DNA of 64,000 nucleotides. Source: Candidatus Omnitrophota bacterium (GTDB lineage: Bacteria; Omnitrophota; Gorgyraeia; B26-G9). A program made the position numbers and the translations under genes. Location of the stretch: NCBI GenBank assembly GCA_018817585.1, contig JAHITE010000081.1, positions 4,549 through 68,548 on the forward strand. The letters run 5' to 3'. Positions 53,262-63,696 of the stretch are shown here, one piece after another. The first letter of the stretch is position 1, and each line of letters begins with the position of its first letter. The notes under the pieces are model-generated. The model ran no database searches, had not been told where the DNA came from, and saw only the letters and a list, made by a program, of their open reading frames with translations.

Positions 53262-54498
53262 TACCGATTATAACATATTTATAGGTTGTCAATTCTACTA
53301 ATCCCATTGGTCCACGCGCGTGCAGCTTATCAGTACTTACCCCGATCTCCGCGCCCAAACCAAATTGATTACCGTCAGTAAACCGGGTAGAAGCATTCAG
53401 ATAAACACATGCCGCGTCAACTGATTTTAAAAAACTCGTGCCATTACGCAGGTTCTCAGTAATAATTGCCTCAGAATGTTTGCTTCCATATTTAGCAATA
53501 TGATCAACCGCCTGTTTTAAGGAACTGACAATTTTCACACTTAGGATTAAGTCCAGATATTCCGTAGCATAATCCTGATTGCTGGCCAGTTTTATCCCGG
53601 GAATAAGCTTTGCGGTTTTAGCACAGCCTCTGATTTCCACCCCTGATTTTCGCAAATGCTTTACCATCTCCGGCAAAAAATCCAAGGCGATATCCGCATG
53701 CACCAGCAAACATTCCATGGCATTGCAAGTCGAAGGTCTTTGCACTTTGGCATTAAAAGCCACTGCCTGCGCCATGGCAAAATCAGCATATTTATCAACA
53801 TAAATATGACAAATACCTTTATAATGCTTGATCACTGGGATCAGGGAATTCTCCACAACACCGCGAATTAATGATTCTCCTCCCCGGGGAATAATCAAAT
53901 CAATATAATCATTAAGTTTAAGCAGTTCATTTACTGCCTGACGATCCGTTGTCTGAATCAAGCTGATACACCCCTGGGGAAAACCTGTTTTGCGCAATGC
54001 CAGGGAAATTACTTTATAAATAGCCTGATTAGAATGAATTGATTCTTTACCGCCGCGCAGAATAACCGCATTGCCGGTTTTCAAACATAGTCCCGCGCAA
54101 TCGCTGGTAACATTTGGCCTTGATTCATAAATAATCCCGATCACGCCCAAAGGCACTCTGACTTTGCTCAGCACTAAGCCATTGGGTCTTTGCCAGGTTT
54201 TGATTACTTCTGATACCGGATCAGCTAAATCAGCTACCGCGATCAGATCATCACTCATTTTTTTAATACCAGAGAGGTCAAGGCTGAGCCGGTCAATAAA
54301 AGCAGAATTTCGCTTTTCTTTTTTTGCGGATTGAACATCTAATTTATTAGCAGCAATGATTGCTTTGCTGTGTTTAAGCAATTCTTTGGCCATGGTCTTG
54401 ATTGCTTTATTTTTTTCTTCGGTACTAACAACACTTAAAAATCGAGCTGCCTTTTGCGCCTGTTTAGCGGTTGTTAAAAGCTCAGACTGTAAAGACAT
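53242..54498 (-). CDS. proA: Gamma-glutamyl phosphate reductase
   Basis: VPLGVIGIIYESRPNVT, IPRGG, CNAME, NASTRFTDG..FGLGAEIGVST.KLHARGPMG. Confidence 0.98.
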   Translation of the reverse strand: MSLQSELLTTAKQAQKAARFLSVVSTEEKNKAIKTMAKELLKHSKAIIAANKLDVQSAKKEKRNSAFIDRLSLDLSGIKKMSDDLIAVADLADPVSEVIKTWQRPNGLVLSKVRVPLGVIGIIYESRPNVTSDCAGLCLKTGNAVILRGGKESIHSNQAIYKVISLALRKTGFPQGCISLIQTTDRQAVNELLKLNDYIDLIIPRGGESLIRGVVENSLIPVIKHYKGICHIYVDKYADFAMAQAVAFNAKVQRPSTCNAMECLLVHADIALDFLPEMVKHLRKSGVEIRGCAKTAKLIPGIKLASNQDYATEYLDLILSVKIVSSLKQAVDHIAKYGSKHSEAIITENLRNGTSFLKSVDAACVYLNASTRFTDGNQFGLGAEIGVSTDKLHARGPMGLVELTTYKYVIIGNGQIRT

Positions 54499-54530
54499 TA
54501 AATCCTCCTAAATTTTCAGTAATTAATTGA

Positions 54531-55634
54531 TTATCTAACTATAACCAGATTATCTCTATCAATAACTTCATCATAAGACTTATAACCTAAGACCTGCTCA
54601 ATATCCGCGGTCTTAACTTTCTTAATTTTAGAAAGCTCATCACAGGAATAATTAGTCAACCCTCTGGCGATCTCATTATTGTTTTGATCATAAATCACAA
54701 CCAAATCACCAAAAGTAAACTTACCTACGATATCCACAATCCCGATCGCCAATAAACTTGTTTTCTTTTCCAATAAAGCTTTTTTTGCTCCATCATCAAC
54801 AATAATTTTTCCGGAATTTTTACAGCTAAAAGCAATCCATTTTTTCTTACCGGAAATTTTATCTTTTTTCGGAATAAACCAGGTGCCCACCTGCTTAGCA
54901 TCCACAATATTCTGAACCAGACTCACATCTCGTCCATTACCAATTACCATTAAGATCCCGGCATTAGCAGTGATTTTAGCTGCTTCAAGCTTAGTAATCA
55001 TCCCCCCGGTACTGGTCTGCCGCGATGTATCACCAGCTAACTTTTCCACACAAGCATCAATTTCCGCGATCTGATCAATCACTTTGCCATTAGCATCATA
55101 TACCCCATCAACATCCGAAAGAATTACTAAAAGCTGCGCGTCAATCAAAACCGCGACTTGTGCTGAAAGCTTATCATTATCACCAAAGCGGATTTCATCA
55201 GTAACCACCGCGTCATTTTCATTTACAATCGGAACAACATTGCCTTTTTCCAAAAGATGCAGTATCGTCGTCCTCGCGTTTAAATAACGGTCCCGTTTAT
55301 CTAAACAGTCCGCGGTCAGCAATAACTGGGCGCAGATAAGTCCGGATTTGCGAAATAACTGTTCATAATCAAACATTAGCAAACTTTGGCCAATTGCCGC
55401 GGCACAAGAAGATTCCGCTATGGTTTTCGGTCTATGCAAAAGCCCGAGTTTTTCCATTCCGCAGGCAATCGCACCAGAAGAAACCAAGACAACCTTATAA
55501 CCATTTTTTTTCAATCCGCTGACCATGGTAGTAATTGATTCTAGTTTAGCCATATCCAGCTTGCCGGAATCATTAACCAAAATACTTGATCCGACTTTAA
55601 TCACAATTATTGAGTTCTTGTCTAGCTTAATCAC
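54531..55634 (-). CDS. proB: Glutamate 5-kinase
   Basis: IKVGSS, VSSGAI, NEND, FGDNDKLSA, TGGM.TK, C-terminal PUA domain. Confidence 0.98.
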   Translation of the reverse strand: MIKLDKNSIIVIKVGSSILVNDSGKLDMAKLESITTMVSGLKKNGYKVVLVSSGAIACGMEKLGLLHRPKTIAESSCAAAIGQSLLMFDYEQLFRKSGLICAQLLLTADCLDKRDRYLNARTTILHLLEKGNVVPIVNENDAVVTDEIRFGDNDKLSAQVAVLIDAQLLVILSDVDGVYDANGKVIDQIAEIDACVEKLAGDTSRQTSTGGMITKLEAAKITANAGILMVIGNGRDVSLVQNIVDAKQVGTWFIPKKDKISGKKKWIAFSCKNSGKIIVDDGAKKALLEKKTSLLAIGIVDIVGKFTFGDLVVIYDQNNNEIARGLTNYSCDELSKIKKVKTADIEQVLGYKSYDEVIDRDNLVIVR

Positions 55635-56619
55635 TGTGTTCCTGCTTGAATTTTCCCAGTTTTTTAAATAAAGCTTCTTTTATTTTCTCAATTCCCAGAG
55701 ACTCAACACAGGAAACCTGATAAATTATTTTTCTTACGCTTTTTTTAAAATTAATTAAATTTTCTTTTGCCTGAGCCAGGTCCATTTTATTAGCAATGAT
55801 CAATTGCGGTTTTTTTAACAGCATATGATCATATGACTGCAATTCATTTAATAAATCAGAATAATCATTGATCGGATCGCGGCCGTCAATTCCTGCCATA
55901 TCAATTACAAACAATAATATTTTAGTACGTTCAATATGCCGCAGAAATTCAATGCCCAAACCTTTACCCTGGTGCGCGTCTTTAATAATCCCCGGGATAT
56001 CAGCAATAACCATTCGGGATTCCGATAGAGAAGAGTTTACAACCCCGAGTACCGGACTTAATGTTGTAAACGGAAATTGAGCAACTTTTGAATTAGCCTT
56101 GGAAATTTTATTTATAAAGGAAGATTTTCCAGCATTAGGGTACCCGATTAAACCAATATCAGCGATCAATTTCAGTTCGAAAGTTATTCTGACCTGCTCA
56201 CCAGGATCACCCGGAGTTGATTCATGGCGTTTAAAGTTTCCGATCCCGCCTCTGCCGCCCCGGACGACAATAACCTGTTCCTCAGCCTTATTTAAATCCC
56301 GGATCAAACAACCAGTATCAGCATCCCGGATAATCGTACCCGGAGGAACAAGAATAATCGAATCCAAAGCATCAGCTCCGCGTTTATTATTGCTGCCGCC
56401 AAGTTTTCCGGACTGAGCTTTAAAATGCTGCCGATAGCGGTAATCAAGCAGCGTATGAACATTCACATCTGCTTTTACTATGATTGATCCGCCATTACCT
56501 CCGTCTCCGCCATCTCTCCGAGCATGACGCCAACCTCTTTTGTAATATTGGCTTTCACAGCCTTTTCCACCGTCACCAGCCTGAACATAAATTTTCGCTC
56601 GGTCAACAAACATGACCAT
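55627..56619 (-). CDS. obgE: GTPase Obg
   Basis: FVD.A.I...AGDGG.G, GYPNAGKS, PFTTL, DIPG, NKMD. Confidence 0.96.
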   Translation of the reverse strand: MVMFVDRAKIYVQAGDGGKGCESQYYKRGWRHARRDGGDGGNGGSIIVKADVNVHTLLDYRYRQHFKAQSGKLGGSNNKRGADALDSIILVPPGTIIRDADTGCLIRDLNKAEEQVIVVRGGRGGIGNFKRHESTPGDPGEQVRITFELKLIADIGLIGYPNAGKSSFINKISKANSKVAQFPFTTLSPVLGVVNSSLSESRMVIADIPGIIKDAHQGKGLGIEFLRHIERTKILLFVIDMAGIDGRDPINDYSDLLNELQSYDHMLLKKPQLIIANKMDLAQAKENLINFKKSVRKIIYQVSCVESLGIEKIKEALFKKLGKFKQEHSD

Positions 56620-56629
56620 TCAACCAATC

Positions 56630-56872
56630 TTAATTTGTGTCAATACTGATGACTTTTGGTTTAGGAAAACAGACTTTTCCAGCAACCTCAGCATACAAAG
56701 TATAATCTCTGCCCATACCTACATTTTTCCCAGGCTTAAATTTTTGACCGCATTGTCTAACTAAAATTGAGCCAGCGGTAACAGTTTGTCCGCCAGAACG
56801 TTTTAATCCCAAACGTTTTGAGTTACTGTCTCTTCCGTTACGACTCGCGCCTTGCCCTTTTTTCGTACTCAT
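56630..56872 (-). CDS. rpmA: 50S ribosomal protein L27
   Basis: [35 protein letters not shown]. Confidence 0.97.
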   Translation of the reverse strand: MSTKKGQGASRNGRDSNSKRLGLKRSGGQTVTAGSILVRQCGQKFKPGKNVGMGRDYTLYAEVAGKVCFPKPKVISIDTN

Positions 56873-56958
56873 TGCTCTATCTCCTCTATTCCTTCAGGAT
56901 TTAATTATAAATCTTGTTTTTCAATTTTTATCTGGTTAGTAAATTAACTTTTTTTAGG

Positions 56959-57270
56959 TTAATTATTAATTTTCTTAATCAATAACTTTGTTAATTTCTG
57001 ACGATGTCCGGTTTTTTTGTGTGAATCTTTTCTTCTTAAATATTTATAAACAACTACCTTAGCCGCTTTGGTCTGCGCTAAAACCTCAGCTTCCACACTT
57101 GCCCCTTCAACATAAGGCTGTCCAACTTTAATGTCTTGTCCATTAGCAACCAAAAGAACTTTATCTAAAGTAACAGAGCTATTATCTTCCTGCTCGATTT
57201 TGTTAACTTCAATAATATCTTCCTGGGCAACTTTATACTGCTTACCACCAATTTCTAATATTGCGTACAC
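56959..57270 (-). CDS. rplU: 50S ribosomal protein L21
   Basis: YAI.E.GGKQYKV, G.PYVEGA.V, GHRQ..T. GTG start at 57270 after GGAGG. Confidence 0.97.
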   Translation of the reverse strand: MYAILEIGGKQYKVAQEDIIEVNKIEQEDNSSVTLDKVLLVANGQDIKVGQPYVEGASVEAEVLAQTKAAKVVVYKYLRRKDSHKKTGHRQKLTKLLIKKINN

Positions 57271-57333
57271 GTTATCCACCTCCAAATTACTATTTTTTAG
57301 TTTTCTCCATTTTAAAAACAATAAATGAGTATA

Positions 57334-58850
57334 TCATAAAAAAACTATATCTTCAATACCTAATTGTTCATCAGTAAATATAGATATTTTTACCCATAAT
57401 TTCTTTTCCAGATTAATTATCGCCAGTCTATCCTCATTTAAAAACCTTAATGCTATTTTGGGATTAACTTTAACTTCAATATAGCGTTTTTTATGGGCTA
57501 TAAGATGATTTTTAATTTGCCTTATTACTTTAATCGCAACAGATTGCGTTGATTTTATCCGGCCAGTGCCTTCGCATACAGCACATTTTTGAAAAATCAC
57601 ACTTTCAATATTTTTCCGAATTCTTTGTCTGGCAATCTGAACTAAACCCAAAGGAGAAAACGGGTAAATTGTTGAACGGGCCTTATCTTTTTCCAAAGCT
57701 TTTGTCAAAACCTGCAATATTTTTTCTGGTGTGAATTTTTTTGCATATCAATAAAGTCAATAACAATAATCCCGGCTAAATCCTTGAGCATGGCCTGCCG
57801 GGCAATTTCCTTAGCAGCCTCCAAATTAGTTAAAAATGCTGTTTCTTCCAGCCGGCCCCGATTAACAAAACTACCGCTATTAACATCAATTGAGACTAAT
57901 GCTTCAGTGCGTTCAATAACAATATATCCGCCTTTTTTTAAAGAAATCTTCTGGTCATAAATCTGATCAATCTGACGCTCAACATCAAATTTTTCAAACA
58001 AATGCATTTTATCTTTGTGTAAGATTATCCGATTACGTAATTGCGGAGCTAAAGCTTTGATAAAACTCATTACCCGTTTATAATCATCTTTAGTATCAAT
58101 AATCAGACTTTTCGCGTCTTCGCTGAAAATGTCGCGGGCAATTCTTAAAACAATATCATATTCTTCATGAATCAAAGCCGGAGCTTTGCTTTTATTTGAT
58201 TTACTTTGAATCGTTTGCCACAACCTTAGTAAATATTTTAATTCCCGCTTAAATTCATTTTTCCCCATACCCACGGCCTGGGTGCGCACTATACAACCCA
58301 TTTCTTTGGGTAATCCAATATCCTTTAACAGCTGCTTCAGCCTGGCTCGTTCTTTTTCATTGGTGACTTTTTTAGAAATACCAATATTCTGGCTATAAGG
58401 CATAAGCACGAGAAATCTTCCCGGCAGGCTGATATGACTGGTTAATCTGCAGCCCTTAGTACCAAAGGGTTCTTTGACCACCTGAACTAATACTTCTTGT
58501 CCCTTGGTTAATAAATTTTCAATTCTTACTCTTTCTTCGCTTACCTTTGGCTCTGGCGCTGTAACTGGTTCAACAACACCGTCTTCAATCTCAAGCGCGT
58601 ATTCATCCGGCCTAAGCGTTTCCGGCAGTAATTCCTGCACATATAAAAAGCCGTTTTTCGCCAACCCAATATCTACAAAGGCAGCTTCCATGCCCTTAAC
58701 TATTTGCGCGACCTTACCTTTATAAATATTTCCGGCTAAATGCTGAATAGCCGTTCTTTCAAGAAAAAATTCTTCCAACTTATTTTCTTCTAGAATAGCA
58801 ACCCGCTTTTCCTGTTCATCTACACTAATTAAAATCTCTTTACTTTCCAT
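57334..58850 (-). pseudogene. rng: Ribonuclease E/G family, split by a 1-nt frameshift (may be an assembly error)
   Basis: ORF 57705-58850 (GNIYKG.V, AAFVDIG, LVQVVKEP.GTKG, DVNSG, GIIVIDFIDM) continues in ORF 57334-57717 (LGLV..ARQR, CAVCEGTG). One extra A in the A6 run at 57720-57725 restores HQKKILQVL. Confidence 0.88.
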
Positions 58851-59163
58851 AACTAATTTCTAGTATCCTTATATCTGCTGTTAACTGCTGTTCTAATTTA
58901 GCTTTAAACGCGTCTAAAGCAATTTGTGTTTTTAAAAAAAACTCTACCTCCATAACTCCGGCAACTCCCAATTTTAAAGCCTGCCCAAATTTAATTTTCG
59001 GCCGGGGATTAAAACCTTCGCTTAACATAAACGGCAATTCCGCGCGTCTTAATGCCCGATAAATCAATCTAATAAAATCAAGATGAGAAATATATTTAAG
59101 CATTCCCTTTTTGCTAAAGCTAATATTTATTTTGCATATCTGCATGCTTATCCGATCAAACAC
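58840..59163 (-). CDS. Radical SAM-linked protein (DUF2344/TIGR03936-like), short form
   Basis: FSKKG..KYISHLD, RALRRA.LP...SEGFNPRPKI.FG.AL.LG; usual position upstream of rng. Confidence 0.85.
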   Translation of the reverse strand: MFDRISMQICKINISFSKKGMLKYISHLDFIRLIYRALRRAELPFMLSEGFNPRPKIKFGQALKLGVAGVMEVEFFLKTQIALDAFKAKLEQQLTADIRILEISYGK

Positions 59164-59184
59164 ACCTAAGAGTAATCCTATTTT

Positions 59185-60936
59185 TTATTTTTTAAAGAAA
59201 AAGCCTTTATTGCCGTCTTTTTTATCCGCTTTTTCTTCAACTGTTTTTTCTTTTACTGGTTTAGCAGCAACCGGAGTAGTTACCTGTGTTTGTTTTTTAG
59301 TTACAGGCTGTGCTTCGGCAGCAGGCTTATTAATTTCTGCTGCTGATTCCGGACTAAATGCTGCTTCGTCAATCACCATTACACTTTCCGGTAATACCGC
59401 AGGTAATGTCATTGCCGGAGAAACCGCTGGAATAATTGCTTCTTTATTCGGCTGTTCAACAAACATCTCTCCTTCAATAAAACTATCTTCTTTTGCTTTT
59501 GCCTTAGTGCTGGCTTCGACCAAATTATCATCATCCCCCAGGTTAACCAGTCTTTGCACATCCAAAGCTTTGGTTATTTCCTGGCGCTTAGCTAAAGTTT
59601 CCTCTTTTACAATATGCGGAGTAATGAAAATCAAAAGATCATTTTTAATTATTTCCTCAGATTTATGGGTAAACAATAATCCTAATATCGGAAGATCTCC
59701 CAGCAAAGGTACTTTGGTTTTTGTGGTTACTACTTTGTCTTTTATTAATCCGCCGATAACCAAAGTATTTCCATCTTTAATCATTACAGTACAATCTGTT
59801 GATTGGGTGGTTAAAACCGGGACACGCGCGCCTTGAAAATCAATTTCTTCCTGTTTATCGCTGATCTCTGGATGCAGTTTTAAAGTAACATAGCCGTTCT
59901 GGTTAATCGTTGGTGTGACTTTCAGCAAAATCCCGTAACTTTTATATTCCCAGCCGCTGATTACAAATCTGTCTGTCTGTTCATTATATGTATAGTTAGC
60001 AATCGGCCAATCTGTTCCCACATGAATTTCTGCAGGCTCATTATCCAGGGTTGTAATTCTTGGATTGGAAAGTATTTTAGTTTTACCTCTGCTCTGAATA
60101 GCTTCAAGTAAAACATTGAATGCGCTGCCGTCTAAAATTCCATAAGAAAATTGCGAGGCTTCAGCTAAAGGAAATGAACTGGCTCCGGGATGAAAAGTCG
60201 CGGCATCGTCCCCATTAGGGAGAACATTACTATATGTTTCGCCAGCACTATTAGACGGCCAAGGAAATGTCGTTGGACGACTGGACATGCCCGCGCTGTA
60301 TGAAGCATTCCATTTTATTCCTAAATCCTGGGAATTAGTCATATTAGTTTCCACAATCTTAGCTTCGATTGAAACCTGAGGAGTCATGGAATCAAGTCTT
60401 TTAATTACCTGAGCGATTTTATAAATATTTGTGGGGATATCTGTAACAATTATTAAATTTGCCCGATCATCTGCTTTTATTTTTCCTCTGTCAGAGCGCA
60501 TTTCGGCAATCGCTTCGGCAACGCTTGCTGCTTTAGCATAATTTAGGGGAAAAACATCAGTTACCAGATTTTCCTGTCCCTGTTTGTCTAAAGTAGTAAC
60601 CCGGATAATATTCGCTTCCCGCTCATAGGCATAGGCATATGTACGGCAAATTACATCCAAGGCCTTTTCCCAAGGGATATCAGTTATCTGAACTGTAACC
60701 AAACCTTTTACTTCCGGATCAGACACAATGCTTACATTTCCCTTTAATGCCAACACTCTAAAAACATCATGAATATCCGCGTCTTTAAACTCAACACTGA
60801 TATTCCCTTCCCCAGCATCTTCAACCTGCATTTCATTAACACCATTAGCCGCGATAAAAGATGCCACTCCTAAAATCAAGATAAATACTACTGCCGCCAG
60901 CTTAACCTTAAACATTAAATTTTTATCAGTCCCCAT
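59185..60936 (-). CDS. pilQ: Type IV pilus secretin
   Basis: F.DADI.DV.R, IPWEKALD, QVSIEAKIVE, ILSNPRITTLDN, L.VTP.I, DG.TLVIGGL, KVPLLGDLPILG.LF, LLIFITP.I; follows pilMNOP. Confidence 0.92.
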   Translation of the reverse strand: MGTDKNLMFKVKLAAVVFILILGVASFIAANGVNEMQVEDAGEGNISVEFKDADIHDVFRVLALKGNVSIVSDPEVKGLVTVQITDIPWEKALDVICRTYAYAYEREANIIRVTTLDKQGQENLVTDVFPLNYAKAASVAEAIAEMRSDRGKIKADDRANLIIVTDIPTNIYKIAQVIKRLDSMTPQVSIEAKIVETNMTNSQDLGIKWNASYSAGMSSRPTTFPWPSNSAGETYSNVLPNGDDAATFHPGASSFPLAEASQFSYGILDGSAFNVLLEAIQSRGKTKILSNPRITTLDNEPAEIHVGTDWPIANYTYNEQTDRFVISGWEYKSYGILLKVTPTINQNGYVTLKLHPEISDKQEEIDFQGARVPVLTTQSTDCTVMIKDGNTLVIGGLIKDKVVTTKTKVPLLGDLPILGLLFTHKSEEIIKNDLLIFITPHIVKEETLAKRQEITKALDVQRLVNLGDDDNLVEASTKAKAKEDSFIEGEMFVEQPNKEAIIPAVSPAMTLPAVLPESVMVIDEAAFSPESAAEINKPAAEAQPVTKKQTQVTTPVAAKPVKEKTVEEKADKKDGNKGFFFKK

Positions 60937-61312
60937 TTTTATCTCCCCCTCCTTTTTTTAAGTAAATCACAATAACTTTCCCCTCTTTTTGCAAAAGCAC
61001 ACTGTCTTTTTTTATTTTTAAAACCTGCAGATTCATAATTCGCTGCTGTTCTTTAACTGGTTTCCCATTAATGATCGCCAGCGAATTACCATTAGGATCC
61101 CAAATAACTCCTTCGAGTTCAACATTCGTTGATTCGGTAATTTCTCTGGCTCCGGGCAGGATCCGGCCATCACTGGTTACCAAAGAAATAAACGGATCAC
61201 GCGTCTGTTTATCTTTATAGACAAAATCGCGATCAGCCTTAGCAAAAGCCGATGCGCTCAAGAGCAACAGAATAACAATAATCAATATTTTTTTAAACAC
61301 TATTATCCTCAC
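60926..61312 (-). CDS. pilP: PilP-like type IV pilus assembly protein
   Basis: RDPF, LEGVIW, AIING; lies between pilO and pilQ. Confidence 0.72.
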   Translation of the reverse strand: MRIIVFKKILIIVILLLLSASAFAKADRDFVYKDKQTRDPFISLVTSDGRILPGAREITESTNVELEGVIWDPNGNSLAIINGKPVKEQQRIMNLQVLKIKKDSVLLQKEGKVIVIYLKKGGGDKNGD

Positions 61313-61856
61313 TCAAGCAAAAAGCATAGATAGAAATAAACACTTGAATCTTATCTGTGTCTGGATCGTCTTTTCTAATTTTCAGATTACCAATCCGCAT
61401 AAATTTATCAGCGGATTCAATGTCATTTATAAACTTTCCTAATTCATGATACCCGCAATAGGCATCAATAAAAACCGGAATATTGATGAAAAATAAACCT
61501 TGCGCTTCAGTTATTTTCTGGGGTTCAATAGCAACAATTTTCACATCATTATTTTTCGCTAATTTTGAAATTAATTCCAGAAAAACCGGAAAATCTTTTT
61601 GCGCGGGCAGACCGGCTAAAAAATCATTATAGGCTTGACTTAAAGATGCTTCCTCTTTTTCTACAAAAGCAAAGTTTTTAATCCCAGTATCAAGCTCATT
61701 CAAAATCGCCCGTTTATCCGCGATTTCTTTGGATACTTTCTGCATATTCATCACCTGGGGCACAGTTAAGAACAAACAAACTCCGGCAATACACCCCAGA
61801 ATAATCTGGAATATGGGAATTTTTATTTTTTTCAAAAAAGAAATATCTAAACTCAT
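61293..61856 (-). CDS. pilO: Type IV pilus assembly protein PilO
   Basis: TM helix, coiled coil, LP......FL..IS..A, YHELGKFINDIE. Confidence 0.85.
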   Translation of the reverse strand: MSLDISFLKKIKIPIFQIILGCIAGVCLFLTVPQVMNMQKVSKEIADKRAILNELDTGIKNFAFVEKEEASLSQAYNDFLAGLPAQKDFPVFLELISKLAKNNDVKIVAIEPQKITEAQGLFFINIPVFIDAYCGYHELGKFINDIESADKFMRIGNLKIRKDDPDTDKIQVFISIYAFCLSEDNSV

Positions 61857-62476
61857 AAATTAACATCCGGTTTAAACAAACAAAGTAAAGTAAAGTCCAT
61901 AACTTCGATTGAAGCAATACTCCGGCTCACCACTCCCTCTAGCTCAATATTACTAAATTCATTTATAAACTCATCGCTGGTTTTAAGCCTTCTGATTAAC
62001 TTACCGATAATCCCCATTTCATCGCGGGTGATTGAAACAACACTTGCTCCAATCTTTAAATGATTAATTGAATTACCGGGATAATTAGGATCAAGCATTG
62101 GATTAATTATTTTTCGTTCTAAAGATATATTTCTCAGCCAAATCCCCGGCAAGATCAATTCATCTAAAAAGTAAAGTTTTTTTGACCATAAAAACCGATT
62201 ATTCACAAAAGGACTGAACAAAGCATTTGTTGATTTTAAACTCTGCATTCTCCGCTGCAAAGCAATGATCTTCTGTTGTTCCGGGGCTAATCCTTCTAAT
62301 CTTGTATTAATCGCGTTAAGCGTAAGTGTCCGGGAAAGATTCATCCCTGTAACAATCAATAAAACTACAAGCAAAACAGCGTTACTACTAATCAGAATTA
62401 AATTTACCGGCACATTTTTGGATGTTGATTTCCGCAATACCTTATATTCAGCTGGAAGTAAATTTATTTCTATCAT
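61853..62476 (-). CDS. pilN: Type IV pilus assembly protein PilN
   Basis: N-terminal INLLP motif, TM helix, coiled coil, P.GIWL. Confidence 0.88.
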   Translation of the reverse strand: MIEINLLPAEYKVLRKSTSKNVPVNLILISSNAVLLVVLLIVTGMNLSRTLTLNAINTRLEGLAPEQQKIIALQRRMQSLKSTNALFSPFVNNRFLWSKKLYFLDELILPGIWLRNISLERKIINPMLDPNYPGNSINHLKIGASVVSITRDEMGIIGKLIRRLKTSDEFINEFSNIELEGVVSRSIASIEVMDFTLLCLFKPDVNL

Positions 62477-62479
62477 TAT

Positions 62480-63532
62480 TTAGCCTCTTAAAGCCAATCC
62501 CACGGCAACAGTTAAAAGCGGGCCGGTTTCCACTAATTTTTCTCTGGGTAAAGCTTCATTGACCATTAATATCCGGGTTGGATCCCAAATTTCCACATCA
62601 ACTCCCAGGATACCGCTTAAGACTTTACCAATTCCCTTAAATTTAGCCATCCCCCCGGTGAGAAAAATTTTCTGCACTGAACCACCGAGCTGACTTTCGC
62701 AATAATTAAACGATAATTGCATTTCATCAGCCAAAGAATCTATAACCGGACGAATCGCGGTGATTAAATCTCCATATCGAGTCTGAGGATTATGCTTAAG
62801 CTCATCCGCTTCTTCAACCGTCATCTCAAATTCCTCAATTATCGCTCTGGTAAAATTATTGCCGCCAATCGACACATCGCGATTAAAATACGGAACATTA
62901 TCCTTTAAAATCGTAGTACTGGTAATATCCGCGCCAATATCTAAAACAGCAATAATTCCTTTATTTTCCTGGCTGACTAATTGAAACGAATTCACAATGG
63001 CAAAAGAATCAACGTCAATAACATTAGCCTTCAGCCCGGCTTTAGAAAGAACAGCAATCCGTTCCTTGATAATATCTTTTTTAACCGCAACCAGCATAAC
63101 TCGCATCATTTTAGATCTTTTATCTGAATCATCGAGTATTTGACAATCAGAGTTTACTTCATCGACCCCAAAAGGAATATATTTTCCAATACCAAGTTTA
63201 AGCGCTTTATCTAACTCATCTTTCGTCATTTTAGGCATTTGAATATACCGGACAATCACTGCCTGTCCGGAAACCGAAGTATTGACAGAGGTGACATTGA
63301 TATTGGCGTTTTTCATCGCTGTTTTTATGGTTGCGGCAATTGTATCATTGTTGACCGGATAAGTAAAGCGCTGGACATCAAAACTAACCAGTTCTTTGAG
63401 TTTGCTATTGGGTTTTGAACACAATTGCACAACCTTAACACTGGAATTGCCAATATCCAGTCCGACTTCAAATTTTGGCTTCTGTTTTATAAATTTATTT
63501 AATATAGTCTTTATTTTTTCCATAGTTTTCAA
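62480..63532 (-). CDS. pilM: Type IV pilus assembly protein PilM
   Basis: VGLDIG.SSVK, YIPF, VMLVAV, LDIGA, GGN.FT, LTGG, VAVGLALRG. Confidence 0.94.
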   Translation of the reverse strand: MKTMEKIKTILNKFIKQKPKFEVGLDIGNSSVKVVQLCSKPNSKLKELVSFDVQRFTYPVNNDTIAATIKTAMKNANINVTSVNTSVSGQAVIVRYIQMPKMTKDELDKALKLGIGKYIPFGVDEVNSDCQILDDSDKRSKMMRVMLVAVKKDIIKERIAVLSKAGLKANVIDVDSFAIVNSFQLVSQENKGIIAVLDIGADITSTTILKDNVPYFNRDVSIGGNNFTRAIIEEFEMTVEEADELKHNPQTRYGDLITAIRPVIDSLADEMQLSFNYCESQLGGSVQKIFLTGGMAKFKGIGKVLSGILGVDVEIWDPTRILMVNEALPREKLVETGPLLTVAVGLALRG

Positions 63533-63584
63533 CTAATTCAAATTTTTTCAAAAGGAGCTTTTTAAATTTTTTTATTGTTGATTT

Positions 63585-63613
63585 AGTTTAACATAGATCA
63601 ACAAGCGATTCAA
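63585..63613 (-). promoter_or_regulatory. sigma70 promoter candidate for pilMNOPQ
   Basis: TTGAAT-17 nt-TAAACT with extended TG. Confidence 0.55.
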
Positions 63614-63696
63614 GACATATTTAAGTGCTCACTGATAAACATCTTAGCTATAAAATTCCGGAATAATAAAGTATTTAGCTCAAGCTATATTTTTGC

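Noticed and set aside
59111-59836. 241-aa plus-strand ORF
   Set aside because: It is an antisense shadow of pilQ and its low-complexity tail, with no independent motifs.
998-62483. Numerous 60-142 aa ORFs nested in or antisense to well-supported genes (e.g. 2458-2799, 47819-48184, 52024-52452, 56099-56416)
   Set aside because: They are shadow frames of conserved genes with no SD, no motifs and atypical composition.
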